From a virus (lineage: Duplodnaviria; Caudoviricetes): a DNA stretch of 64,000 nucleotides. The translations under genes were made by a program, and so were the position numbers. The stretch lies in IMG/VR virus record IMGVR_UViG_3300020177_000966; one strand, written 5' to 3'. Shown here one piece after another: positions 19,668 to 28,176 of the stretch. Position 1 is the first letter of the stretch. Every line of letters starts with the position of its first letter. The notes below the pieces were generated by a model, which saw only the letters and a list, made by a program, of their open reading frames with translations, was not told where the DNA came from and ran no database searches.

Positions 19668-20381
19668 TAATTCAAAATATATTCTTGTATTATCTTTTTT
19701 GTACTGTTCTAAATTACAATTATATTCTTTAGCAAGTTTGTAAGCGAATTCGAAGGTCCATGGGAATATATCTACATATGGTCCTTTTGGCCATAGTATT
19801 CCCGGATTAACTCTAAAGTACATTCTACCGTTAGTGTCTAATAAATTATATAACTTATCAAATCTTATACGGATATCATTTTCGTCACCAAAATTTAAAC
19901 TGCCAAACACAATCATGTGATCATATTTTTCATCTACATTAAACTCTAAAATATCTACCATATAGTCTGCGTTATCGTTAAATGGATCAATGCCTGTTAG
20001 ATTTTTAATACGTGGTTTAAATTGATTATATCCGCATCCAAAGTCTAATACATTACGTGGATTCTGTTTGTTTATTCGTTCCACAATATTCCAACCACTG
20101 TAAGTATGATTGTCAGTATTAGGTTTCCAAATTTCTCCAAAGAATCTTTTCATATAAAAGGTATCTAACGATTGTACAAATTGTTCAATAGTACCAGTTA
20201 AGTCTAAATGTTCAATATCTAACTCGTGCATGATGTTTTGTGCAAACTTTTCTTTACGCACAGGAGTAAACGGTAGGTCGTCTACTATACTATCCTTGTT
20301 TAATTGTAAACCTTTGTACTTAGATAAATTAAAGGTTTCTTCTAAATTTTTCATAACTAGCGAAAAAATTCGTGTATTCAT
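19656..20381 (-). CDS. Class I methyltransferase with N-terminal acyl-carrier-like helical domain
   Basis: VLDFGCG, TGIDP, YDHMIVFGSL. ATG at 20381 with GGAG upstream. Confidence 0.7.
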   Translation of the reverse strand: MNTRIFSLVMKNLEETFNLSKYKGLQLNKDSIVDDLPFTPVRKEKFAQNIMHELDIEHLDLTGTIEQFVQSLDTFYMKRFFGEIWKPNTDNHTYSGWNIVERINKQNPRNVLDFGCGYNQFKPRIKNLTGIDPFNDNADYMVDILEFNVDEKYDHMIVFGSLNFGDENDIRIRFDKLYNLLDTNGRMYFRVNPGILWPKGPYVDIFPWTFEFAYKLAKEYNCNLEQYKKDNTRIYFELLKM

Positions 20382-20419
20382 AATTTTTCTCCACATTTTT
20401 TCAAAAAAATGTTCTCCTG

Positions 20420-20435
20420 ATATAATTAATTATAT
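20420..20435. promoter_or_regulatory. Perfect 16-bp palindrome between divergent genes (possible bidirectional late promoter)
   Basis: ATATAATTAATTATAT, flanked by CTCC (20414-17) and GGAG (20440-43). Confidence 0.45.
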
Positions 20436-20449
20436 ACAAGGAGAAAATA

Positions 20450-21883
20450 TTGGCTTCGATATTGGCACTACTCGCAGGAACATTTTATGGATTAATAATT
20501 GGTATTCTGCCAGGTGCAGGAGCAACTACAGGTTTAATATTTGTATTTTCATTTATTACTTTATTTCCAGATCCGTATCTAGCAGTTATATTTGTTATGG
20601 CAGTTGTAGCCGCAAGCACAACAGGTGATACTTATACAGGTGTACTGTTAGGAATACCTGGTGCAAACTCAGCCGCGGCAACTATGGTAGACGGCTTTCC
20701 ATTAGCACTACAGGGTAAAGCAACATATGCTATTAGCGCCGCAGTAACTACAAGTACATTGAACGGATTAATATGGGGGTCACTTACATTCTTCTTGTTA
20801 CCTTATTATACTGATCTAATAATGATATTTGGTGTTCCAGAATTATGGGCATTTACAATGTTAGCGTTAGTATGCGTAACATTTATAACAAATAAGTTTT
20901 GGGTTAGAAGTGTAATTGCATTGTGCTTTGGTATGTTTATAGGATTAATAGGAGTTGATCCTACAACTAATGTAGACCGATGGACCGGCGGTTGGGAATA
21001 TCTTGGCGCAGGCGTACAATTAATGCCGTTAGTTGCCGGATTGTTTGCTATTCCAGAATTATTAAGCGGTCTTAAATATCGTACAAATACTAGCAATCCA
21101 GCATTTGCAAATGGTACACAAACTAAAGAAGGAATACTTGCTGTCTGGAATAATAAACGTGATGCATTGCGTGGAGGAATCATTGGCGCATTTGTCGGCT
21201 TATTGCCCGGATTAGGCGGCGCAGTTGCAGATTGGATGGCATACAGTTCGACAGTTGCAAGTCATCCTAAAGACAAGTTTGGTAATGGAAATATCAAAGG
21301 TGTTATAGGACCAGAAGGTGCTAACAATGCACAAAAAGCAACCAGCATGATTCCTACAGTACTGTTTGGTATTCCAGGCGCACCCTTTGCTGCCATTGTA
21401 ATGGCCTTGTTTGCATATTTAAATTTTGAATTAGGTACCTTAGAGCTTGCAAATGACACTAAATTCTTTGATAGTATGTTATACGGCTTTATGCTTGCAA
21501 CAGTGCTTGTAGGCGCTGTATGCTTGTTTACGACGCCATTTATAGCCCGAATAGCACAAATACCCTACAAATACTACTTTCCGTTGCTATTAGGCTTTAT
21601 AGTACTTGCTTGTGTACAATATACAGGCGGTTGGGAAGATTACTTTATACTTGCTATATGTAGTGTGGTAGGACTATTAGCAAAGAAATACAAATTTAGC
21701 AGACCTGCACTGCTATTTGCCTTTATTCTATCTGACAGAATAGAGGCTCTTACAATTCAAATGTCAGGACTTTATACATTTGATAAACTGTTAGATAAAC
21801 CAATATTCTTAGGATTAGTTTTTATAATAATTGTAACACTAATTTGGGCATTAAAATCAAAAAGGAGAATAGATTATGCGTAA
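20450..21883 (+). CDS. tctA: Tripartite tricarboxylate transporter large permease TctA
   Basis: GILPGAG, GIPG..AAATMVDGFPLALQG, GPEGANNA..LFGIPG; about 11-12 hydrophobic segments. Confidence 0.9.
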   Translation: MASILALLAGTFYGLIIGILPGAGATTGLIFVFSFITLFPDPYLAVIFVMAVVAASTTGDTYTGVLLGIPGANSAAATMVDGFPLALQGKATYAISAAVTTSTLNGLIWGSLTFFLLPYYTDLIMIFGVPELWAFTMLALVCVTFITNKFWVRSVIALCFGMFIGLIGVDPTTNVDRWTGGWEYLGAGVQLMPLVAGLFAIPELLSGLKYRTNTSNPAFANGTQTKEGILAVWNNKRDALRGGIIGAFVGLLPGLGGAVADWMAYSSTVASHPKDKFGNGNIKGVIGPEGANNAQKATSMIPTVLFGIPGAPFAAIVMALFAYLNFELGTLELANDTKFFDSMLYGFMLATVLVGAVCLFTTPFIARIAQIPYKYYFPLLLGFIVLACVQYTGGWEDYFILAICSVVGLLAKKYKFSRPALLFAFILSDRIEALTIQMSGLYTFDKLLDKPIFLGLVFIIIVTLIWALKSKRRIDYA

Positions 21884-22928
21884 GTTAATTATGAGTTTAG
21901 TATTAGTAATGTTTGCTACTGTAGCAAATGCAGATTATACGATGGTAGTACCACAAAAACCAGGAGATGGTACAAGTGTTTGGGCAGAAATCGTTGCTAA
22001 AGAATTAGAAAAATATCTCAATGAAGATATTAATATTGTACATATTCCTGGCGCTCGAGACATTCCAGGATTTGATACATTTCATAACGAAATGCAATAT
22101 GACAATGATGTAATTATGGTAAGTCATGGTGGTAACGGTGTAAGTTTCCTACAAGAAGAAGTTGATTATAACTATGCCGAATACGAAAGTATTGGACTTA
22201 TGAACTTGAATATTATTGTAGGCAAGAATCGTGCTATTGATTTAGACTATGGTGGTATTAGATTTGCGGCAGGTTCAGGTATGGTTCCAGAAGCATTCGC
22301 AATGACACTTCTACTATGTGGACCAGACAAAACAGTTGATGAATATATCGCTTGTTTTAAAGAGAACGTAACATGGGTTAAAGGCATGAGCGGTGGCGAA
22401 CGTCGACTAGCATTTAAACGTGGTGAACTAAACGCTACTAGAGAAAATCCAGCGGCATATAAAAAGCATGTTGAATCAGATGATAATTCAGAAATTTGGT
22501 TTCATCATGGTATTCTAAACAGTGAAACAGGAGATCATGGAGATGATCCAAACTATCCTGGATACCAACTTGAAATACTATTTGAAAAACGTTGGGGTGT
22601 TAAGCCAAGCGGAGATTTCTATGATTCATATAAACTTGTAAAAAGTTTTCGCGACGGTATGCAAAAAGCATTGTGGGTACGCAAAGGCAATCCAAATACT
22701 GCCAAATTACAGCAAGCATTATATGATATGTCTTTAAATAAAGATAGTAAGAAAATTATAGAAAACAAAGTTGGCGTTTATAATTGGAAAATTGGCGCTG
22801 ACGGAAATGCACATAGAGATACATTAATGAGTCTTGTAACACTAGATGCATTAACAAATCTTGTTAAATTCAATAAAGAAGCATTAGGATTAGCTAGTGT
22901 ACTTAAACCAGGAATAATTAAAAAGTGA
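21876..22928 (+). CDS. tctC: TctC/Bug-family periplasmic substrate-binding protein
   Basis: Signal peptide (..ANA|D), VVPQKPGDGTSVWAEIVAKELEK, IVHIPGA; adjacent to tctA. Confidence 0.75.
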   Translation: MRKLIMSLVLVMFATVANADYTMVVPQKPGDGTSVWAEIVAKELEKYLNEDINIVHIPGARDIPGFDTFHNEMQYDNDVIMVSHGGNGVSFLQEEVDYNYAEYESIGLMNLNIIVGKNRAIDLDYGGIRFAAGSGMVPEAFAMTLLLCGPDKTVDEYIACFKENVTWVKGMSGGERRLAFKRGELNATRENPAAYKKHVESDDNSEIWFHHGILNSETGDHGDDPNYPGYQLEILFEKRWGVKPSGDFYDSYKLVKSFRDGMQKALWVRKGNPNTAKLQQALYDMSLNKDSKKIIENKVGVYNWKIGADGNAHRDTLMSLVTLDALTNLVKFNKEALGLASVLKPGIIKK

Positions 22929-24088
22929 ACAATATAATACTTTCTTTCGAGAATGGTGATACATATACAAAAGAACAATTTGATTCTTTAGCACAAAGTT
23001 ATGCTAAAGAATTAATTGATGCAGGATACGATAAAACTTGTAGATTAGGAGTATACAGTAATTGTACTAATCTAATGAAAATATACGGAGTAATGAGTGT
23101 ATGCAGTGTTGTAGTAATGGACTACAAAGCAACAGAGATCGAACGTAAGTATTATGATGTTGATATATGGGACGATGTATTACCAGAGCCTAGATATAAT
23201 CAATGTAATGATGACGAGATAACAGCGTTTGTATCAAGCGGTAGTACTGATGCACTTAGATTAATACCACTAACAAGAGATGATCATGACACTGAAGGTT
23301 TAGATACAAACATACAAATACATGCTAATATTACAAATAAAGATTCTACTGTAAATTGTATTCCACTTTGGGCTTGTATAGGCTTTCAATTATTCTCAAT
23401 TTGTTATAGAACTGGTGCAACATATTATGTTTTAGATAACGTATGGGAATCATGGCCTAAAGTTAAACCTACGTTCTTTGTAGCTAATCCTAGTATTTTA
23501 TTAAAATTAATGAAGTATTGCAAAGTACCGTACGAAACTATGAGTGTACGACACATTCGTACAGTCGGAGCACCTATGTACAAAGATTTTAAATATGAAG
23601 TACAAAATTATTTTAATTGTATTACAACTGATTCATATGGGCTAAATGAAACAGGAACAATTAGTATTATGCATTATCCTCAAAAACATGGTAGCGTTGG
23701 ATTTGTGTTACCAAATAAAACTGTAACATTTGATAATGGTGAAATTGTAGTTGATGGTTATCATACTGGAGACTTAGGATATATCGACGATGAAGGATTT
23801 TTGTTTATTACTGGTAGAGTTAAAGATGTAATTAACCAAGAAGGTATTAAAATTATGCCTTACGAAGTAGAAGAAGCATTAATTAAATGTGGAGCAATAG
23901 ATTGTGTAGTGTTTGGCTACGATAGTGTTTATGCAGTAGTTGTTGGTCAAATAGATACAGAACAATTATCTAAAGAAATTGCATGGTATAAAATACCTAA
24001 GAAGGTCTTTTACGTAGAAAGTATTCCACGTAAAGGACAAGGTAAAATAAGTAGAAAAGAATTACTTAAACAGTATAACTTAGACTAA
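22925..24088 (+). CDS. AMP-binding acyl-CoA synthetase-like enzyme
   Basis: SSGST, SYGLNETG, HGSVG, YHTGDLG, TGRVKD, C-terminal PRKGQGK lysine. Confidence 0.8.
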   Translation: MNNIILSFENGDTYTKEQFDSLAQSYAKELIDAGYDKTCRLGVYSNCTNLMKIYGVMSVCSVVVMDYKATEIERKYYDVDIWDDVLPEPRYNQCNDDEITAFVSSGSTDALRLIPLTRDDHDTEGLDTNIQIHANITNKDSTVNCIPLWACIGFQLFSICYRTGATYYVLDNVWESWPKVKPTFFVANPSILLKLMKYCKVPYETMSVRHIRTVGAPMYKDFKYEVQNYFNCITTDSYGLNETGTISIMHYPQKHGSVGFVLPNKTVTFDNGEIVVDGYHTGDLGYIDDEGFLFITGRVKDVINQEGIKIMPYEVEEALIKCGAIDCVVFGYDSVYAVVVGQIDTEQLSKEIAWYKIPKKVFYVESIPRKGQGKISRKELLKQYNLD

Positions 24089-25243
24089 GTTAACCCATGA
24101 TCCGTTTTCGCGGCCTTGGAATTTTTCAGTATCTGAATTATAAATAACCATTCCGTTAACTGGAGTAAGTGCATCACGTTCAATAGTAGTCAAACTAGCA
24201 AACTGATGATATCCAGTGTTAATACTGTTGTTTATTGTTGCTGTACCTTGTACTTCAAGGTCAGTAGTAATTTTTGCATCGCCTGCTACGTGTAATACGT
24301 TATCAGGTCTGTTAGTACCTAAGCCAAGTCTGCCTTTACTATTCCAAGTCATAACTTGTGCAAGTGTAACATTGCCCGTTTGGTTTGATGGTAGGAATAA
24401 TATTCTTCCAGGTATAATACCGTCTGACACTGTTTCGTCTAGATCAACTGCAATTTTAATTTGTCCAGCTAATGTTTGTTGAGTTCCGTCCCAACCAAAA
24501 CCGTGAATATCTGTAAGTGCGTCACCTGTAGTGCCACCAATTACAGCTAACGGATTGTCAAGAGTACCACGTGAACCTTCAGTTCTAATTTTTGGTCCTG
24601 TTGCACCATCTGCAGAATGTGCTTGAATTAAGAGACTGTTAACTGGAGCAGGTGCGTCTTGTCTAATTGTAAGAGTTGTTTCAGTTAGAATAGGTCCAAC
24701 AATAAAACCTTTAATACCGTCTACTAGTAGTCCGCTATCATCACCAAACACACTACCTTTAGTATCACCTGTATGGAATCCAGTAGTATTACCAAAGTGT
24801 GTACCTGTACTGTCACCAATTACGTTACCAGTGTGTGTACCTGTAGTATCGCCAATTACATCACCTACAATATTGCCACTACTAATAACAGAAGTAGTTT
24901 CAATAGGTCCAACAATTTTGCCGTTAATTGCATCAACTAGGAGCGTTGAATCGTCACCGTAAATATTACCACGAATGTCTAGTGCTGGGTTATCCGTCGC
25001 CGCCCAGTTTGCACCATTATAAACTAAGATTTGATCTTTTTGTGCGGCTAATGCTTGTACATTGCCTAGATCTTCTAAGTTTTGCGTTGATACTGATACT
25101 GGAATACCACCTTGTGTGGCTCCGTCACCTACAAAGACTTCTTTGCTATCTGTTGTATAAACGAGTTCACCTTCAGCTGGCGTATAACCAGGACTGCTTT
25201 GAAGTGCAGTCTTAGTGCCTCGTTTTAATCGTAAAGTACCCAT
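24080..25243 (-). CDS. Tail fibre/virion structural protein (Mtd/hyaluronidase-like N-terminal anchor, Gxxx repeats)
   Basis: LRLKRGT..PAEGELVYTTDSKEVFVGDG N-terminus, periodic glycine repeats, ATAAATA upstream. Confidence 0.7.
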   Translation of the reverse strand: MGTLRLKRGTKTALQSSPGYTPAEGELVYTTDSKEVFVGDGATQGGIPVSVSTQNLEDLGNVQALAAQKDQILVYNGANWAATDNPALDIRGNIYGDDSTLLVDAINGKIVGPIETTSVISSGNIVGDVIGDTTGTHTGNVIGDSTGTHFGNTTGFHTGDTKGSVFGDDSGLLVDGIKGFIVGPILTETTLTIRQDAPAPVNSLLIQAHSADGATGPKIRTEGSRGTLDNPLAVIGGTTGDALTDIHGFGWDGTQQTLAGQIKIAVDLDETVSDGIIPGRILFLPSNQTGNVTLAQVMTWNSKGRLGLGTNRPDNVLHVAGDAKITTDLEVQGTATINNSINTGYHQFASLTTIERDALTPVNGMVIYNSDTEKFQGRENGSWVNLV

Positions 25244-25284
25244 GTAATGCTCCTAATTCATTGTTACATGTATTTATGCCAAAT

Positions 25285-25599
25285 TCACGATTTCCGTTTA
25301 GTTGGATTCTTAAGAAATGCTCTAGTATTCTTCTGTACATCTCGTTTAATTTTAGCACTATTAAGACGAAAGTCAACATTTTCAATACCGTCGCCATATT
25401 CATCAAAGAGATCCCCTAGGACATCTTCTAAGTTAGAGCCAGTAGTTCTTTTACCATTGCAGTCAATTTCCCAAATTTTACCAGTTTTAAATTCAATTCG
25501 AATGGTACTAATATAGTTAATGGGTATAGTGTGAATGTCAATATCTTTAAAAACTTCAGGCCAATGTTTAATTATATCATCAGGAAGTTTCTTTGACAC
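25285..25599 (-). CDS. Hypothetical protein
   Basis: ORF in co-directional operon. Confidence 0.6.
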   Translation of the reverse strand: MSKKLPDDIIKHWPEVFKDIDIHTIPINYISTIRIEFKTGKIWEIDCNGKRTTGSNLEDVLGDLFDEYGDGIENVDFRLNSAKIKRDVQKNTRAFLKNPTKRKS

Positions 25600-26236
25600 T
25601 CTTATTCTTCTTTACAGTCGGGACAAGTTCTTCGGCTTGTGCTCTAAGTGCCTTTGCTTCTTTATATAATCTATCAGCATCACTACGATATTTAGCGGCT
25701 AAATCTGCATCTGAAAGTACACCATCAGTTGGTGCTTGAATATTAGCAACTTGTGATTCAGCAACTACAGTATCACTTGGAGGAGCCATTTCATTAACAG
25801 AGCCTGCTTCAGTAATACTTTCGCCTGGCTTGCGTGAATTAGGATCTTTTAAAGCAAGATCAGAAATAGCAACACCTCGCTGTTGTGCAATGATTTTATT
25901 AAGCTCATCTAATCCAATTTTTGTTGTTGTATTAGGTGTCATATCAATAGCAGACATTTTAACTCTTTGTAGTTTACCTGTTGTATGAAAACGTGCAAGC
26001 ATGTTGCTACCGTCACTTAAAGAAGTTCTTGCCATAACTTCAGCAAATTCAAATGCTGTTTGTCCTGCATTGCTTTCAACTGCTCTAATTAAAACTTCAT
26101 GATCAGCATCAGTTAGTGACGCAGTATCAATTACAATTGCATTTTCAGCAGGTTGTTCTCCAGGAATTACTCTGTATGCTACAACAACTTTTCTTTTGTT
26201 GTCCTTTAACACACCAACATGTTTAATTTCAGCCAT
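25580..26236 (-). CDS. Hypothetical protein
   Basis: 218 aa ORF with RBS GGAGG. Confidence 0.7.
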   Translation of the reverse strand: MAEIKHVGVLKDNKRKVVVAYRVIPGEQPAENAIVIDTASLTDADHEVLIRAVESNAGQTAFEFAEVMARTSLSDGSNMLARFHTTGKLQRVKMSAIDMTPNTTTKIGLDELNKIIAQQRGVAISDLALKDPNSRKPGESITEAGSVNEMAPPSDTVVAESQVANIQAPTDGVLSDADLAAKYRSDADRLYKEAKALRAQAEELVPTVKKNKSVKETS

Positions 26237-26484
26237 TACTTACCTCCTTCGGTAGTTTCCTTTTTAGCGGCTTCAGCGGCATCAGCCTCTGCCTTTTGTA
26301 CAGTTTGTAGGAAGTTATCAAGTTTATTAAATGTTTTACCAACAGCTTCCATCTCGTTTGCTTTAAAAGCACCACGCTGACTAGCAACATCGATGATTGA
26401 TCTAATAACACCTAGGTCTTGAACGGTTAGTTCTACTGGTGCTGTTGCTTGTGCTTCTTGCGTAGCAGTAGTTTCTTGTGACAT
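26236..26484 (-). CDS. Hypothetical small acidic protein
   Basis: ORF with GGAG RBS. Confidence 0.65.
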   Translation of the reverse strand: MSQETTATQEAQATAPVELTVQDLGVIRSIIDVASQRGAFKANEMEAVGKTFNKLDNFLQTVQKAEADAAEAAKKETTEGGK

Positions 26485-26518
26485 ATTATGCTCCTTTTTA
26501 GTTATATGCGTATATTAT

Positions 26519-26797
26519 TTAGTTGTACTTTAATAGTGGACATGCAAGAACGAAATAAGAAAGTTCTTTTGCATCTTCAAATCCGACTCTCATAACAGTA
26601 TCTATTTTATTCTCTTTAGTAATACCTATTGTTTTGGCTAGGTAATAACGATGCTTCAAATTTTGTTGAATCCATTTTACCATTGCTTTTTCTGTGTTGT
26701 ATGTAAATTTTAAATCAATGCAAGATAAATGAGGAGATTGATGTTCTAATCTCCTTGTATTAAAATAATCATGTGCTGATATCTTATTCTTTATCAT
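26519..26797 (-). CDS. Hypothetical protein
   Basis: ATGA overlap with the upstream gene. Confidence 0.6.
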   Translation of the reverse strand: MIKNKISAHDYFNTRRLEHQSPHLSCIDLKFTYNTEKAMVKWIQQNLKHRYYLAKTIGITKENKIDTVMRVGFEDAKELSYFVLACPLLKYN

Positions 26798-28065
26798 GCC
26801 GCTTCATCGTAATGCGCCGTCATACCAAACGGTGCTTTTAAATTTTTATCGTGATGACTATGAACTACAAATACTGTATCACAGTAATCGTCTTCGCCCC
26901 AGCTACCAAACGGATACCCGTCTGTAAACATCAAAAACTTCTTAGGCTGGATATCATTGTCTTTCATATATTTCCAGTTACAATCAAAGCTGGTTCCGCC
27001 GCCGCCCATAATTTCGTAGTCTAGCAAATCTTCACCGCTATCTGCTGTAAAGTCTTGTTCATTATATACATCAGTATCAAAGCACCAAATCTTAATCTTG
27101 TAGTCTTTGTATTCGTCCATAATGCCTTTGACTTCACCTAAGAAGTCAGCCGCCTGTGCATTACCAATTGAACCGCTCATATCTAATGCAATGCAGATAT
27201 CAATTGTTTCATCAAAATTCATACCGGGCAAAATAGCACCAGTATGCCAGCCTTTGCGGCTAGGGCGACTAAATGTATAATCGTTTTTAATAGTACTTTG
27301 AATCTGTTGACGAAGCAATTCACGCCAATTCATTTTAGGTTCTGTAAGCTCTTTGATCATACGCTGTACAGCGCCTGGAACGTTGCCTGCACCAGCGGCT
27401 TGTGCCGCAGACATCATACTTTCTTTAATTTCATCCTTAATCTTCTTCATTTCTTCTTTTGAATAAGTTGGATGACTTTTATTTTTTCCTTCTTCTGAAT
27501 TATTATCGCCTGGACCTTCTTCCCAGTCAATGTGTTCGTCTAGCAATTCACCTAGTTGTTTTAAAAATTCTTGACCGTTTTCTTCTGCCTTTTTAAATAG
27601 ATCATCGTATACTTCTTCAGAAGTCCAACCTTCATATTTGAAGTCTTGATAACATTGTACGATTGAAACCATTTCTCCAATACGATCACGCACTAGTGTA
27701 TTATTTACGATATAGTCTGCGGCAATGTTATGTAATACAGGATTACGATCTTCTCTACGTGACATATGATCAAATACACAATGCAGAATCTCGTGTGCAA
27801 TTACAAACTCAATTTCTTTATTTGAAAGTGCATTAAAAAATTGAGTGTTAAAATATAAATGGCGGCCGTCAGTTGCCGCAGTAGGACACCAGTCATCACA
27901 TGCTTCTACTTTAAGTCTAGTAGCCATGTTACCGAAGAAAGGATGGCGCAATAATAGGCCTACACGAGCTACAATAACCCTATCAAGAACTTCTTCTCGC
28001 ATTACTTTAAGTTCTTCTGGAGTAATATCTGGATTAGGTGCGTAACCTTTAGTATCGATGCTCAT
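26794..28065 (-). CDS. DUF2201-type putative metallopeptidase with C-terminal vWA domain
   Basis: TAATDG, AHEILH (HExxH), LDMSGS MIDAS motif, GGGGT, FTDG. Confidence 0.85.
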   Translation of the reverse strand: MSIDTKGYAPNPDITPEELKVMREEVLDRVIVARVGLLLRHPFFGNMATRLKVEACDDWCPTAATDGRHLYFNTQFFNALSNKEIEFVIAHEILHCVFDHMSRREDRNPVLHNIAADYIVNNTLVRDRIGEMVSIVQCYQDFKYEGWTSEEVYDDLFKKAEENGQEFLKQLGELLDEHIDWEEGPGDNNSEEGKNKSHPTYSKEEMKKIKDEIKESMMSAAQAAGAGNVPGAVQRMIKELTEPKMNWRELLRQQIQSTIKNDYTFSRPSRKGWHTGAILPGMNFDETIDICIALDMSGSIGNAQAADFLGEVKGIMDEYKDYKIKIWCFDTDVYNEQDFTADSGEDLLDYEIMGGGGTSFDCNWKYMKDNDIQPKKFLMFTDGYPFGSWGEDDYCDTVFVVHSHHDKNLKAPFGMTAHYDEAA

Positions 28066-28097
28066 TTTGTTTCTCCTTTTCCCTAACTGTTATATAC

Positions 28098-28126
28098 AGT
28101 ATACATGTATTTACTGTTGAAGTCAA
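28098..28126 (-). promoter_or_regulatory. sigma70-type promoter with TAAATA nested in the spacer
   Basis: TTGACT-tcaacagTAAATAcatg-TATACT (17 bp spacer). Confidence 0.75.
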
Positions 28127-28130
28127 GCTG

Positions 28131-28161
28131 AAAAGGACGTTTTTATACAAAGAGAACGTCC
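28131..28161 (-). terminator. Possible intrinsic terminator after the AAA ATPase gene
   Basis: GGACGTT..AACGTCC stem followed by TTTT on the minus strand; the loop is long. Confidence 0.35.
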
Positions 28162-28176
28162 AAACTCTGTAGCCAT

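Noticed and set aside
18272-24088. NRPS/PKS cluster
   Set aside because: No condensation, ketosynthase or Ser-bearing carrier domain and no PPTase in the window; only stand-alone adenylating enzymes.
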